A stretch of 63,890 bases of DNA, counting the filler, from Licmophora abbreviata (Eukaryota), in the NCBI GenBank assembly GCA_900291995.1. It is 15 parts of 15 records of this genome, joined end to end, with 100 filler letters (N's around TTAATTAATTAA, not from the genome) between each part and the next. Parts side by side here need not be neighbours in the genome. Positions count along the whole stretch, not along the records: positions 9,826 to 11,941 come from OLMU01002342.1; positions 12,042 to 13,712 come from OLMU01002343.1; positions 13,813 to 16,175 come from OLMU01002347.1; positions 16,276 to 23,831 come from OLMU01002348.1; 11 more parts are not named here. One strand, given 5' to 3'. Both the position numbers and the translations under genes were made by a program. Below the pieces are notes generated by a model. That model was not told where the DNA came from. It did no database searches and saw nothing but the letters and a program-made list of their open reading frames with translations. Shown here piece by piece: positions 10,245 through 21,351 of this stretch; the stretch's first letter is position 1, and the number at the start of each line of letters is the position of its first letter.

Positions 10245-10350
10245 GGCGCGCGCCGCCCCTTTGCCCGCCCGGAGGGGGGATCAGCCGGACAACACATTCG
10301 GGGACCCCGGCGCACGCCCCGGAGGCAGGCCGGCACTTGTCCGGCCCGCC
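10245..10350 (-). promoter_or_regulatory. Candidate structured RNA element in the g5-g6 intergenic region
   Basis: Stems 10245-10255/10308-10318, 10261-10266/10287-10292 and 10324-10333/10341-10350; each has one non-Watson-Crick position that is a G-U pair only on the minus (coding) strand. Confidence 0.5.
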
Positions 10351-10367
10351 CCCTATCCGCGCATCCC

Positions 10368-11549
10368 TTACGAGACGGCGAATTTCAGCAGCTTGATCGC
10401 GGCGAAATCGCTCACATCCCCGCCCACGCGCTTGGTGGCATAGAACAAGACATGCGGCTTGGCGCTGAACGGATCGCGCAGCACCCGCAGATCCGGGCGC
10501 TCGGCCACGGTGTAACCGGCGGCGAAATCGCCAAAGGCGATGGCCGTCTCGCCTGCCGCGACATCCGGCATGTCCTCGGCAATCAGAACCGGATACCCCA
10601 GAAGCCGTGCAGGCTCTCCGGCGGCCAGCCCGTCGGACCACAGGAACCGCCCGTCATTGTCCTTGAGCTTGCGCACCGTTCCGGCGGTTTTCGAATTCAT
10701 CACGAACACCGCATTGGCGCGGTATTGCGCGCCCAGCGCATAAACCAGATCAATCAGCGCCTCGGCCCCCGCAAAGGCGCCCTCGGCCCCCGTGGGCACA
10801 TAACCCAGATTGCCCCAGACCCAGACATCATTGTCCACATCGGGATGGGTCAGAAAGCCCTTGGGCTTGTCGATCCCGTCACCAGCGACAAAGGCCGCCG
10901 CCTCGGCGCGCGCGAACTTGTCGGCGATGCGCCCCGCCAGCCATGCCTCGATGTCGAAGGCGCTGTCATCCAGCAGCCGCTGGCTGGCTTTCGGCAAGGC
11001 GCTCAACTCGTGCAGCGGAATGGTGATCCGGTCGATGGCGGGCGTGCCGGTCTCTGCGGTGGCGCCGCTCTCGGTGGCCCAGCCATGGCCCACATCCGTG
11101 TGGTCGATCAGCACATCGAAGGACGTGGCCTCCACCTGCACCACATTGGCGATCGCCCGGATCGACGCGGTCGAGGCCAGCGTCGAGCGGATCGTCTCTG
11201 CGGTCTGCGGATCCACCAGATAGCCGCCATCGCCCGCCACCGCACTCGACATCGCCTTGCTGTCCAGCTCCAGACCGCGCAGCCCGTCATCATCGCCCGT
11301 GCGCAGATAGGCGTCGAACGCCTTCACATGCGGCGCGGCGCTCTCGGCGCTGGCGGACAGAATGGGGCGCGCCTGCGCCAGTGATTTTCGTTCCATCTTC
11401 GTCATCTTGTCGTCCTGCTGTTTGAAACGTTCCAGAATATCGGCCCGAAAGCCCATGAACTCGGTCATGAATCCCGCCACGGCGGATTTCACCTCGGCCA
11501 CCGGAGACACATCTCCCCCGGTCCGAGCCTTCGCCTCGGTCTTGCTCAT
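10368..11549 (-). CDS. GTA g5 major capsid protein (HK97 fold)
   Basis: DGGYLVDPQT, LHELSALPKASQRLLDDSAFDIE, GDGIDKPKGFL, LRDPFSAKPHVLFYATKRVGG. Confidence 0.96.
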   Translation of the reverse strand: MSKTEAKARTGGDVSPVAEVKSAVAGFMTEFMGFRADILERFKQQDDKMTKMERKSLAQARPILSASAESAAPHVKAFDAYLRTGDDDGLRGLELDSKAMSSAVAGDGGYLVDPQTAETIRSTLASTASIRAIANVVQVEATSFDVLIDHTDVGHGWATESGATAETGTPAIDRITIPLHELSALPKASQRLLDDSAFDIEAWLAGRIADKFARAEAAAFVAGDGIDKPKGFLTHPDVDNDVWVWGNLGYVPTGAEGAFAGAEALIDLVYALGAQYRANAVFVMNSKTAGTVRKLKDNDGRFLWSDGLAAGEPARLLGYPVLIAEDMPDVAAGETAIAFGDFAAGYTVAERPDLRVLRDPFSAKPHVLFYATKRVGGDVSDFAAIKLLKFAVS

Positions 11550-11586
11550 CGCTTGATCCCGTCTGTTTGAGGTGATCCTCGGCGCG

Positions 11587-11941
11587 TCAGTCGTCCCGGC
11601 GCGCCAGCTCCTGGCGGGCGACCTCGAAGATCGCCGCCACGTCACGCAAGGCAGGGTCATCTTGCGGGGTCTCCCCCTTGACCCCCACCCTTGCACTGGG
11701 CAGCATCGGGAAGGTCACCAGAGACACCTCCCACAGCTCCAGTTCCGTCAAAAGCCTGTGGCCCTTGTCCGTCTTGACCGCGCGCAGCGTGCGATAGCCG
11801 ATGGACAGACCATCCAGCGCCCCCGCCTCGATCAGCGCCGCAGCCTCGCGCGCTCGGGCGACACCGTCCAGCAGACGGCCCTTCACCCACAAGCCGCGCG
11901 CATCCTCTCGCGCCTCCTCCCAGACACCGATCGGCTGGGCC
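11587..11941 (-). CDS. GTA g4 HK97-family prohead protease (5' end in gap)
   Basis: PIGVWE...GLWVKGRLL, DGLSIGYRT, LWEVSLVTFPM. Confidence 0.93.
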
Positions 11942-12041
11942 NNNNNNNNNNNNNNNNNNNNNNNNNNNNNNNNNNNNNNNNNNNNTTAATTAATTAANNN
12001 NNNNNNNNNNNNNNNNNNNNNNNNNNNNNNNNNNNNNNNNN
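11942..12041. other. Artificial 100-bp scaffold linker marking the bacterial/eukaryote junction. Identical linkers start at 1804, 8075, 9726, 13713, 16176, 23832, 37052, 39291, 44568, 49422, 55345, 60613 and 61966
   Basis: 44 N + TTAATTAATTAA (stops in all six frames) + 44 N, seen 14 times. Confidence 0.98.
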
Positions 12042-13827
12042 ATACTCTCGTCGAGAGCTTCATTGGAGGTAAAAGCAAGAGGCGTGAAGCAACGAGTGTT
12101 GACGTACGTCGTCATCGTCGGACGACGAGAGCGACGAGTCCTCCTCGATTCAATCTTGAGAGCCGCTGTCCCAAGCCATGGCCAAGACAAATAAACTAGC
12201 CTTGCAAGTTTGACATCTAATACATAATGATCAATATCAGTTCCATTCGCTCCCGTTGCTATCCTTAGTAAATCGACTTCCATCCGGTCGACGCACATAG
12301 CGACCACATTCCGTGCATCACCATGGTGCCACGCATAGGCCCCTGTGGCCATTGCTCTAGAGCTCCGCTCCGCTTGATTGCTCTCCTCGTTCGCTCAAGA
12401 TAGATAGCTACCGGTAGCGATATCATTTTTGTTCATCTGTGGTGGCAACTTTCAGTGGAACCCGTACATTAATGTGACTTCTGGTACCTGGTAGTTGAAG
12501 GACATAGCAGGGACAGGTATTGGAGATTTTGGAGATTATGATTCTTTGGTTTTTAATTCTTGCCATTGGCAAAACTCAACATAAACTTACAAACGTTGGT
12601 ACATCATAATATGGCGTAAAGACATGAGTTTCCTGTGATGAGGAAAAAATCTTACAGGATTTGCTGCACACGATTGTTCGACCAAAATTTTAAGAATACG
12701 CAAGTACCCGCATCAGTACCCAAACTGTACCTTGTACCGTCCCAGGTTCCGTCAATCGATTCTTCAGCTATTCCTATTAGGTAAGCATAGCAAACAAGTG
12801 GAAGCTCTTAAAAAAATTTGAAAGCTAGCAATACGCTAACACTTTTTCTAAAGCATCATTTCGGAGGAATTTCAATCAAGGTCTGACCTTGTTTTCTCCT
12901 GGATGAATGCATTTAGTATTTTAATATTCCCAAACCAAGAAAAATGAGCATCGCGACCGAAGTGCAACGTATGGCGAAACATAACTGAGTGAGCGCGATC
13001 TCATCAGGGATTCATCTGAGTCATAAGTGGTCGCAAAAGTTACGATAACCCTGCAGCACTCATCTTAATGCGTTCTAGAATCCCTTCGGCCTCAAAAATA
13101 ATCTTGTCCCAAGATACTCGTTGGTAATATGGTTCCGAAACTCTATCAGATCTTTATTGCTTTGATCAAGCTCGGGTAAGGGTGAGTTTAGTTCGGTTGT
13201 GAGGAGTTTTTTTTATATTCACGAGGGGACAGGTCCTTTTTGATAACCCTTCACTTCCTGATTCTGGAAAACCTCTTTGCATCTCAAGACAAGATAAAAC
13301 ATTGAATATTGCGATACTTCCAGGATTCTCCGAGGAGGTCGTCTCGTTAGTTTGTTAATCTGTTTCGAGATGACGGGAATCTTTCTGATAGAGGAAAAGC
13401 ACGACGTAACTCCTAACTAGGAATGTTTTCATCTCAGGAAAATGTTGTGTACTATAGCATTGTATTTCTTCCTCTCGCCTCTCAGTATTGGTGGAGGTTG
13501 ACCACAAGTCACGGGTGATTGTCGCGTTGATCGGTGCTCGCTGAAACTCTCTACCCATTCATAACCCATGTATTGCCATGGAACTTGCTGTAGAAAACTT
13601 AACACAAATTTTTTGTCTTGTTCTCGCGAAATGTCGATGGCAAGTTTCCGATGGTGACGGTGATTATGAAAGGCTTTCGCTTTGTGACTACGAGACAGCG
13701 ATCAATCATGTGNNNNNNNNNNNNNNNNNNNNNNNNNNNNNNNNNNNNNNNNNNNNTTAATTAATTAANNNNNNNNNNNNNNNNNNNNNNNNNNNNNNNN
13801 NNNNNNNNNNNNGGCAGGTCCCAGATC

Positions 13828-13853
13828 GGGATATCCCGGGATATCCCGGGATA
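13828..13853. repeat. Tandem palindromic decamer (GGGATATCCC) x2.6 at a contig edge
   Basis: GGGATATCCCGGGATATCCCGGGATA. Confidence 0.85.
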
Positions 13854-14202
13854 CTTCTACGTGCGTGTTTAGTATTAAATAAATATCTCCCGGGTGATCA
13901 CCGGCCGGTCAACATTTACTTATGGATTTTTTTTTCGCGTAGATTCTGGTAGATAATTTTTCGGGGCTCGGGGACGATGATGGTCCGCGAACACCGGCGT
14001 AGACCCATACCGGCCGGCTGGCGCGTGCGACACTCCATTATTTTCATGTGCTCTTGCTGCCGACTGTGCCGACAGGTTTGGTCGGAACGCCGGAAAAAGA
14101 AACTCGTCTCTTATGACCGCCTGCTTGTTCGTACATATTTGAGCTCACAAACAATCATCACCCCAGGTGGTCACGCCCCCAGAGAAGCACAGGGAACGAA
14201 CG

Positions 14203-15170
14203 ATGACGGCGAGAACACCACAGGCATCCCCGTCAGTGACAGGGATGCTGTTCCTGACCATCCTTTCGCTAGCAGGAGGACTTGCATTCGTTTTATTTCC
14301 AAAAGAACGATCGGGAAATCGACGCCTTCGGACTCTGACTGCGAAAGACACTATCGAAACAGTATACGTTTTGCCTGTTTGGGTAACTCGATCCTTTACT
14401 ACAACGACTGACCCAGGCTTCTGGAGCACATGCTTCGGACGCGTTTCGCGTTGGTGGTACAAGACTCGTGTTTGAGGGGCGGTGCCTCTCTGGTCTCTCT
14501 CTGGGACAAAGGCAATGGCATGGGAACGAAATTTTCTGTGCCAGCGGCAAGGCTTGAGAATGGTAAATATGATATTGGCGCCCAATCGGTCCAGAGCTTA
14601 CTCAGTAGTACCGGTAGTGAAAAATGGGACTTCGTCATTCTGAACGATTACACGCAGGCGCCAACTCGGGTTGCCTCCAGAGAGAGCACCATCGAGGCTT
14701 TGAAGACAAAATATTCCCGGCTCTTGAGTGGTGGATCGATTCCAGTTTTCCTTCAGACGGCGGCGTACCGGGTGCCTGGTATCAAGAATTCGGCAGACCT
14801 TGGCGACTTTGATGAGTTTACGCAGAAGCTGGATGATGGATATCATCAGTATGTTGAGTTTCTGGTGTCCAATGGAATTCCCTCACGGCTCGCACCCAGT
14901 GGTAACGCCTTTGCCTACGTACGAGATACCAACCACGAGCTCTGGAATAAGCTGTACTCTCATGACGATTTTCATCCGAGTCCACATGGGACGTGGCTGG
15001 AAGCCTGTGTACTCTACTGTACGATCGTGAGAGAGGCCCCGCCGGCGTACGACGCGACCTGGTGGAACACTGCACGGTACATGGCGTACCCTCCTCTCCC
15101 CATGCCGACCGCGATGGAATCTGAAGAGCTTAGGCGAGCAGCAATGCATGTCTGTCTGATCAATGAGTGA
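14203..15170 (+). CDS. Membrane-anchored SGNH/GDSL-hydrolase-like protein, disrupted (frameshift near 14358, in-frame TGA 14409-14411)
   Basis: N-terminal hydrophobic anchor, block I FACLGNSILYYND*PRLLEHM, WDFVILND.TQ, C-terminal DDFHPSPHG (DxxHP). Confidence 0.65.
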
Positions 15171-15689
15171 GCTCTGACGTGTGTCCTGTACTGCCGACCG
15201 GTATCAAGGTACCTGAATGTATTGTTTTGGGCTTCCAGTACGCTCCGGTACGAGGTACTACTACGATGTTGCATTGGGTATTATTGGAGTCGACTTTGAA
15301 ATTAGCAGTACCGCCGGAACCTTGTATGATACAGTTGTTTGGTTGGTTGGTTGGTTGCTCTTACCTGGTACGCCTTTTCTACGCTTACATTGAACTTGCC
15401 TCTAAATGCTAGTATCGGGGGTAGGTACCGAGTAGCGGTAGCGGTGTGATACCGATAGGACTCACTCGTAGGGCTGAAGTGAAATCGAACGATTCGATTG
15501 ATTCGAATCGAAGTTTTCAAGTTTTCCCTTCAAGCGCTTGCAATGCACGCATGCGTGAATCGAAAAAAATCCCCTGTCAACCATCGCACGTAGACTACCA
15601 CGTCACCAGGTACTATACAGGCACCGACCGGCGCCAGGTATCATTGCGCTGTCCACCGGGTCTGATCTAACCGGCTAGTCGGAACGAAC

Positions 15690-17708
15690 ATGGAGAACGG
15701 TGTCGACGCCATCGACGAAGTAAACACGCCAGTGATGCTCTCCTTGCCGGAGGGGACCCCGGCAAAGCTGGAAGAAAATGAGGAGAACTGTAGAGAGGAA
15801 GAAGAAAAGCAGTCGGAGAAGAATGACCCTCGCGTTGCTCGAAAGGCACGATCAACAGCGTTGGGAAAGGCAACACTGGTTTCGTCTTTTGGAGACTTCC
15901 CTCATCCTGGGGGCCTGCTTGGTCCTTTCTTTTCGCTTGGCCGTCTGGGTAAAGGCACCTTCTGCAGCATACACAAGTGCATCAGTCTTTTGCCCGAGGA
16001 ACCGCGTCTTGTCGCCGCCAAGGTCGAGCTGTCTACCTTCATGAATAGCGGGGTGCTGGAGGGAGAAGCTACGATGCTTCAGCATCTACACACCGATCTT
16101 CCTCCTCGCACTGTACCCAAGTATGTAGGGCACTTCCGGAGCGACGAGGCTGCTGCTATTGTCATGGAATATCTTNNNNNNNNNNNNNNNNNNNNNNNNN
16201 NNNNNNNNNNNNNNNNNNNTTAATTAATTAANNNNNNNNNNNNNNNNNNNNNNNNNNNNNNNNNNNNNNNNNNNNTCTACCTGACCGCCGACGTGATGCT
16301 TCCGCTCTTGCGCAACATGCACGAGATAGGGGTGGTACACCGGGATGTGAAGCCGTCTAACTGTGTCAGATATGAGGATAAACAATTTTGTATGGTTGAC
16401 TTTGGTCTTAGCAAGAGCATGCTGCTACCGTGCGACTCTCAGTTTGCCGACCCCGAACACGTTTGGAAGTCGAAACGCCAGTCAGCGGAGGCAACAAGGC
16501 AGTGCTTGCGGAAAGAACGCCCGAAAGCGGAATTTCGCGGCACAAGCATGTATGCGTCTGCTCGGATACACCAGCTCCACGATTATGCGCGAAGAGACGA
16601 CATGTGGAGTTTGCTTTACGTCTTTTGCGATTTGGTTAGCGGGGGGCTTCCGTGGATGTCTCTTGCTGCCAACAGAGACCGAGATGGTTGCCAGGAAATC
16701 AAGGAAAAGATTCATGGCTTGAAAGGGGAGGGGTCTGCTGACGAAACCGAGAAAATGCTCATGGGGGATGAATATCATGTTGGTAAATACAAGCGAGACA
16801 TGGCAGCCGCGAAGGGAGAGAAAGAGCTCCCTGCAGTTCCTGAGCCACTGAAAATGTCCAAAGACAACCGCAAGGTACATTTTTTACGCACGGCGTTTGA
16901 CCATGTGTCTAAGCTGAGCTTCGCAGACCAGCCCGACTACGAGCTTCTCCAGAAGTGCCTACACGGGTTTCTCGAAGATCCTGTGGACGAAGCTGATTCC
17001 CTGCCGACTATTGACTGGGAGAAGATCACCCCGTCATCTGCTCAGGAGACCTCTGGGAGCAAGAAACGAAAGCATTCTAGTGGCTGGAAAGGTGTTCCAT
17101 CCTGGCAATTGGTGAACGCACAGCCGTCCGCACTCCAGGACGAGGCTCTGTGGGACGAAGCTGAAAGCGAACACATCGAGGCGCGCAGTGCGTCGTCGGC
17201 AAGCAAACTGTTCGGTGAAGTTGCCGATATGGCTCGCCTTCCGGTTGAGCTTCAATTCCGAGTCACCCAGATGGAGTACAATACGAAGAACGCCTCTCTT
17301 GTACCGGGATATAGAGCATTGAATGACTGGATGCAGTGTGCTCTTCCACTGGTTTACGGTGCTTGGAACTCACAGGCGTATGAGCCTGGCGGCCATCGAA
17401 CAGATTCAGATGCCTATCGGCGCGAAGTGTACTTCAAGCTACTGGACAAGTGCCTCAAGTGTGCCTCAAAGTTCGGATACTTTCGTGATCGATCGTTTCT
17501 TTACGAATCCGCCAGCGGTGATGATGCGGCACGCGCAAAGCGAAGGAGTATTGCATGCTCGATGCAAGGGACAGAGTCTTCCGCCGACGATGGGATGGTG
17601 GCTATATCCAGAGTGCTTCATGGCCTCAGAGCCTCGAAGCATGCCGAGAGCAAGAAAAGTGCCGCCCCTCCTCCAGCTCTTTCGTTCGGGTCGGCGATTG
17701 AATCATAA
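15690..17708 (+). CDS. Casein kinase 1 / tau-tubulin kinase family Ser/Thr kinase (spans gap 16176-16275)
   Basis: LGKGTF, AAKVE, HRDVKPSN, DFGL, FRGTSMYAS, RRDDMWSL. Confidence 0.9.
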
Positions 17709-18274
17709 GACTCGGATCGTTTTGTAGAAATATGTAGAGTGCGACGCCTGAGGTCGTATGCTCGATCGGTTGTAATGCTGCGGCAACATAGGTTCCATTC
17801 ACACTGTCCGGCGTCTTGTTTGGTTGCCATTGTCTGCAAGGATCCTGTCGCTGCGGATATGTTCTGGGTGCGAGCCGATAACTATTGGACCTTGCAAGAA
17901 CCATCTCGTGGCTCACAATCTCTTGGTGGTCGGTCCAAAGCCTACACCGTTTCGCGGCTCTCCCAGACTTCGGCGATTCATTTTTGCTTCACATTCGCGG
18001 TCATTCCCTTTGGCGCATTCTCAGTCGTCAAGAGTAAGTCCATGCTTCTCATCCGGATGAAGTTGAGAACGTGAAGCTGTTCCCCCTTCCTGGTCGACCC
18101 GGTCGTCTTGCAAACAACAATCAGCCCTTTCGGAAGTACTCAAGCTCCCCGAGAAAAGAAGAAAGCGTCACAACTCCAACACGCTCTAGCATCTTCTCTT
18201 GCTGGCTAGCCAGGAACCGGGAGTACAGTTAATTTACTGTAGTATGTATCGACATCAATTCCGTGACTGCCCAT

Positions 18275-20239
18275 TCACAGTCTCGTCACATCACGTCCAA
18301 AAATTGCAGACTTCACCCAATCGAATGTGATAAGAATACGGTTTCTGCTTGCGACCTGCTTCACAAGATACACAGATCGCCACAAGACGAAGGCAACGCT
18401 TCCAGCATATGAGAACACTGGGACGTCCCCGAGTTGCACTTGAGTCAGCGCTTCTCCTCCTCCAACATAAGCCAACATGCCCAGGTTTAGAAACTGGAAA
18501 GGAGGCGCAGAATCAAGCCCTCGCACACTAAGCCACTTTGACATAAGGCATCCACTTTTGTCGATGCCAGTTGCCCTTCCTCCCACAAAAGACGGAATCT
18601 GCGGCTTAGAGGCGCTCAAATCGTACCCTCGACAGAGCAATCTTGCGGCGTACGCTCCTTGCTGGCCTGCTACCTGCGCAGTCTGTGGGAGGAAGCTATC
18701 GTCTGCCTCTTTGAACGCAGCAGCGTCGCCAAGAACAAGAACCGATCCAAACGTATTTGGGTTGCCGGTCGGCACACGCATCCAGTGATCGACATTGATT
18801 TTTCCAGCGACACCCCTTGCTGATTCAGGCAACCTGCCGAGAAGCTTTTCTCTGACAAATGGAACACTTTGGGTTCCCGCAGCGAACACTTTGAGTCCAA
18901 CCGGCAAGATCTCTTGCTTAACACCCATTTTTTTGCCGTTCTTGTCAAACTGCTTAATTGCCAGTTCGACTTCTTTGTCTCGAACCTCCACTACCTTCGT
19001 GTTTAGTCTGACGTCGATACCGCGTCGTTCAAGTGCGCGAAGAGCCTCTTCGCGTAGATTATCCTCAAACTGAGGCAGAACCTGCGATCCACCATGGACA
19101 AGGATAACATTGATATCATCCTTTAAGTCTGGGTAGGCGCCAATCCGAGGGCGTGTTATATCTTCAGCGAAATCTGATATTTCTCCGGCGAGCTCGACAC
19201 CAGTTGGTCCAGCGCCAATAATGAGAAGTGTCACTCTTCTGCGCCTCTCCCGCTTCGCCTCCTCTGTATTCTCCAGAGCATCTGGCCGACTTGCATATTC
19301 GAAGCATTCACCAAGACTCGTGCGGAGTTTGCGTGCATCTTCGACAGATTTCAGCCGAAGACATCGCTCAGCCGCCCCTGGAATTCCCGAGTCGGCAACT
19401 CCTACTCCGGTGGCGACGACGAGCTCATCATACGCAAGGTCCACGAGTGGTGGTTCCCCCTCCGCCACGCCTTCAAGAAGGGAGTTCAGCTGCACGGTCA
19501 CTTTCTTCTTATCGAGATCCACGTCTTGAGCTGCGCCCTCGACGTACTGCATCATTGGATTCGCCGAACGAACAGCCTCCGTCATACTTCGATACTCCAC
19601 TGTCCCCACCGCGGCCGACGCCAACATGGGTGTGAAGACAAAGTGATTACTGGGGGATACAACGATGACACGAAACTTGAATGAGTCTACAACCTTCATG
19701 AAAGCATGTGCCGCCCATCCAGATCCAAGAATAACAATTGTCTTCTTCTCTTCCTGTGACTCTTCGTCCTGCCATCCCAGGTCATAAGGAATACGACGCA
19801 AATGGAGCACGACATCCTCAACGGTATCGAGCGTCCGCTCAACCAGAAGGTGAAAAGGGAAGGATGGCTCAATCTTCCTTCCCAAGACACGGCGGACGCC
19901 AAGCTCCGAGCTCAACATTCTCAGAGCCTCGTCGTCTTGTTCATTGGTAAGATCACCATCGGGAGTTGCAGCGGACTGCTTCTCGGGACAGTCATTCCTT
20001 GGTCTCGCCTTCTTGATTAACCTCCCCTTCTCTTGATCAGGAGGTGAAGGGCTGGGCAGTTTTGTTGATCCCAGAGATGTCGATGACATACATGCGGCCC
20101 GAGGAAAGGCCCCCTTCTGGACGTGATGAAGTGTTGTGCAGAGAGACAGCTGTGTTCCCGAGAGACCGCTCTTCGTCACCACGGGAAACGACAATGCCGG
20201 GAGTACGCTGGAGAGACAGAGAAGGATTCGGAAGAACAT
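18275..20239 (-). CDS. Type II NAD(P)H:quinone oxidoreductase (NDH-2), predicted plastid-targeted
   Basis: VILGSGWAA, FVFTPML, IIGAGPTGVELAGE, LPQTAQVAGQQG, LWRSVYL; signal peptide MFFRILLCLSSVLPALS-F followed by a Ser/Thr-rich transit peptide. Confidence 0.92.
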   Translation of the reverse strand: MFFRILLCLSSVLPALSFPVVTKSGLSGTQLSLCTTLHHVQKGAFPRAACMSSTSLGSTKLPSPSPPDQEKGRLIKKARPRNDCPEKQSAATPDGDLTNEQDDEALRMLSSELGVRRVLGRKIEPSFPFHLLVERTLDTVEDVVLHLRRIPYDLGWQDEESQEEKKTIVILGSGWAAHAFMKVVDSFKFRVIVVSPSNHFVFTPMLASAAVGTVEYRSMTEAVRSANPMMQYVEGAAQDVDLDKKKVTVQLNSLLEGVAEGEPPLVDLAYDELVVATGVGVADSGIPGAAERCLRLKSVEDARKLRTSLGECFEYASRPDALENTEEAKRERRRRVTLLIIGAGPTGVELAGEISDFAEDITRPRIGAYPDLKDDINVILVHGGSQVLPQFEDNLREEALRALERRGIDVRLNTKVVEVRDKEVELAIKQFDKNGKKMGVKQEILPVGLKVFAAGTQSVPFVREKLLGRLPESARGVAGKINVDHWMRVPTGNPNTFGSVLVLGDAAAFKEADDSFLPQTAQVAGQQGAYAARLLCRGYDLSASKPQIPSFVGGRATGIDKSGCLMSKWLSVRGLDSAPPFQFLNLGMLAYVGGGEALTQVQLGDVPVFSYAGSVAFVLWRSVYLVKQVASRNRILITFDWVKSAIFGRDVTRL

Positions 20240-20548
20240 CACAGCAGTGGATGTGGTTGGAAGCACCGATGACTCACAGTATGATGGACGGGATCACGGT
20301 CGGTCTTTGTGAGGCGATGTGACATGTGACACGACAAGAAGCGAACCCTAATTTCTAAGTTCGATTTGAAGTTTGAACGAGTTTTCATTTTGCATTTTTC
20401 GAAGTTCGATGTTTTTTTCAAAATCTGGGGAGCTCGCATCGCGCTCGCCACCTTACCTGGTCATAATAGTACGCGAAAGGCCAAAACCTCGACACAACTC
20501 ATTTGGTCTCATCGAGAGAAAGCGCAGCCACTTCCGAGACTACACAGA

Positions 20549-21351
20549 TCATTTGCGTGCTACTGAAAATTTGACCTGTTCAAGTGGCTGCTTGCTCGGA
20601 GATTCTACTTTCCATAAACAAAAGGGAGACGCGTTGAGGAAACCGCCGGACCAAGCCATGCAACCAAAGCCAAGCATCAGTTCCATTTCCCCATCTATTG
20701 CTACAACTCTGAGTTCGTCTCTCATAGTATACCAAGGTGAGAAGAAGGGCTGGTAAGATCTATATTTGAGACCAATAGACAAATCAGATCCCAGGTTTGA
20801 ATCCTCAACTCTGTAGTCGAATGAATGCTCCGTCTCGGTGGCATCTTTGTCCGCTACTCTGGAGCGAAATCGATTTATGCCAGTCCCATTGGAAAAAAAT
20901 TCCTTGCCATTCCAGGTACGACCTTTACCAAATAGCCCGTCAGTCAAGAACGTCGCGACAGTCGTCTGTCGATAAGGTACAATAAGGTGTGATGGGTGAT
21001 GGGTACTGGAAACTGGGCACAACTGATCGGGTTCATACTCTATACTACAATACGTACCATTACCCTGCCGTTATTTTGTAGCAAACACCCATCCCACTCT
21101 CCCAGAACTCGATTAAGGTCTCTGGGAGCCTCGCATTGTAGATATAACTCGACAAGTTGACTGCGCGACATTTCTCGCAGCGCGCCGACGGCGTCGAAGC
21201 CGGAAGGCAGCACCACGGCGGGATCGAGGCGTTCATCGTCCAGAACATTGATCGATACTATGCGGTGAGTCTGAGCAATGTTCCGAATGGAGCAAGCGGC
21301 CAGCGTGGCGCCGACCATCGCCGCTGCTCGAAGCGCAACCGCGACAATCAT
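20549..21351 (-). CDS. Hypothetical protein, 2 exons (intron 20966-21057)
   Basis: GTACGT...CAG intron joins two ORFs in frame (GEWDGCLLQNNGRVM|TTVATFL; WNGKEF..NGTGINRF, MRDELR). Confidence 0.7.

Larger units (their letters stand above)
1600..11941 (-). mobile_element. RcGTA-like gene transfer agent head-tail cluster (g4-g15 present)
   Basis: Canonical g4-g15 order, short tape measure, adjacent cysE; no integrase, replication or lysis genes seen. Confidence 0.93.

Noticed and set aside
2536..11384. Long plus-strand ORFs opposite the GTA genes (e.g. 2536-3453, 5543-6634, 9867-11384)
   Set aside because: Antisense shadows typical of high-GC coding DNA, with no recognisable motifs
1600..11941. 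Prophage
   Set aside because: RcGTA gene order, short tape measure and cysE neighbour, with no integrase, replication or lysis genes in view
11587..12352. Horizontal transfer of a GTA into the algal nuclear genome
   Set aside because: The only junction is an artificial linker, and the bacterial part keeps native synteny, RBSs and GC content
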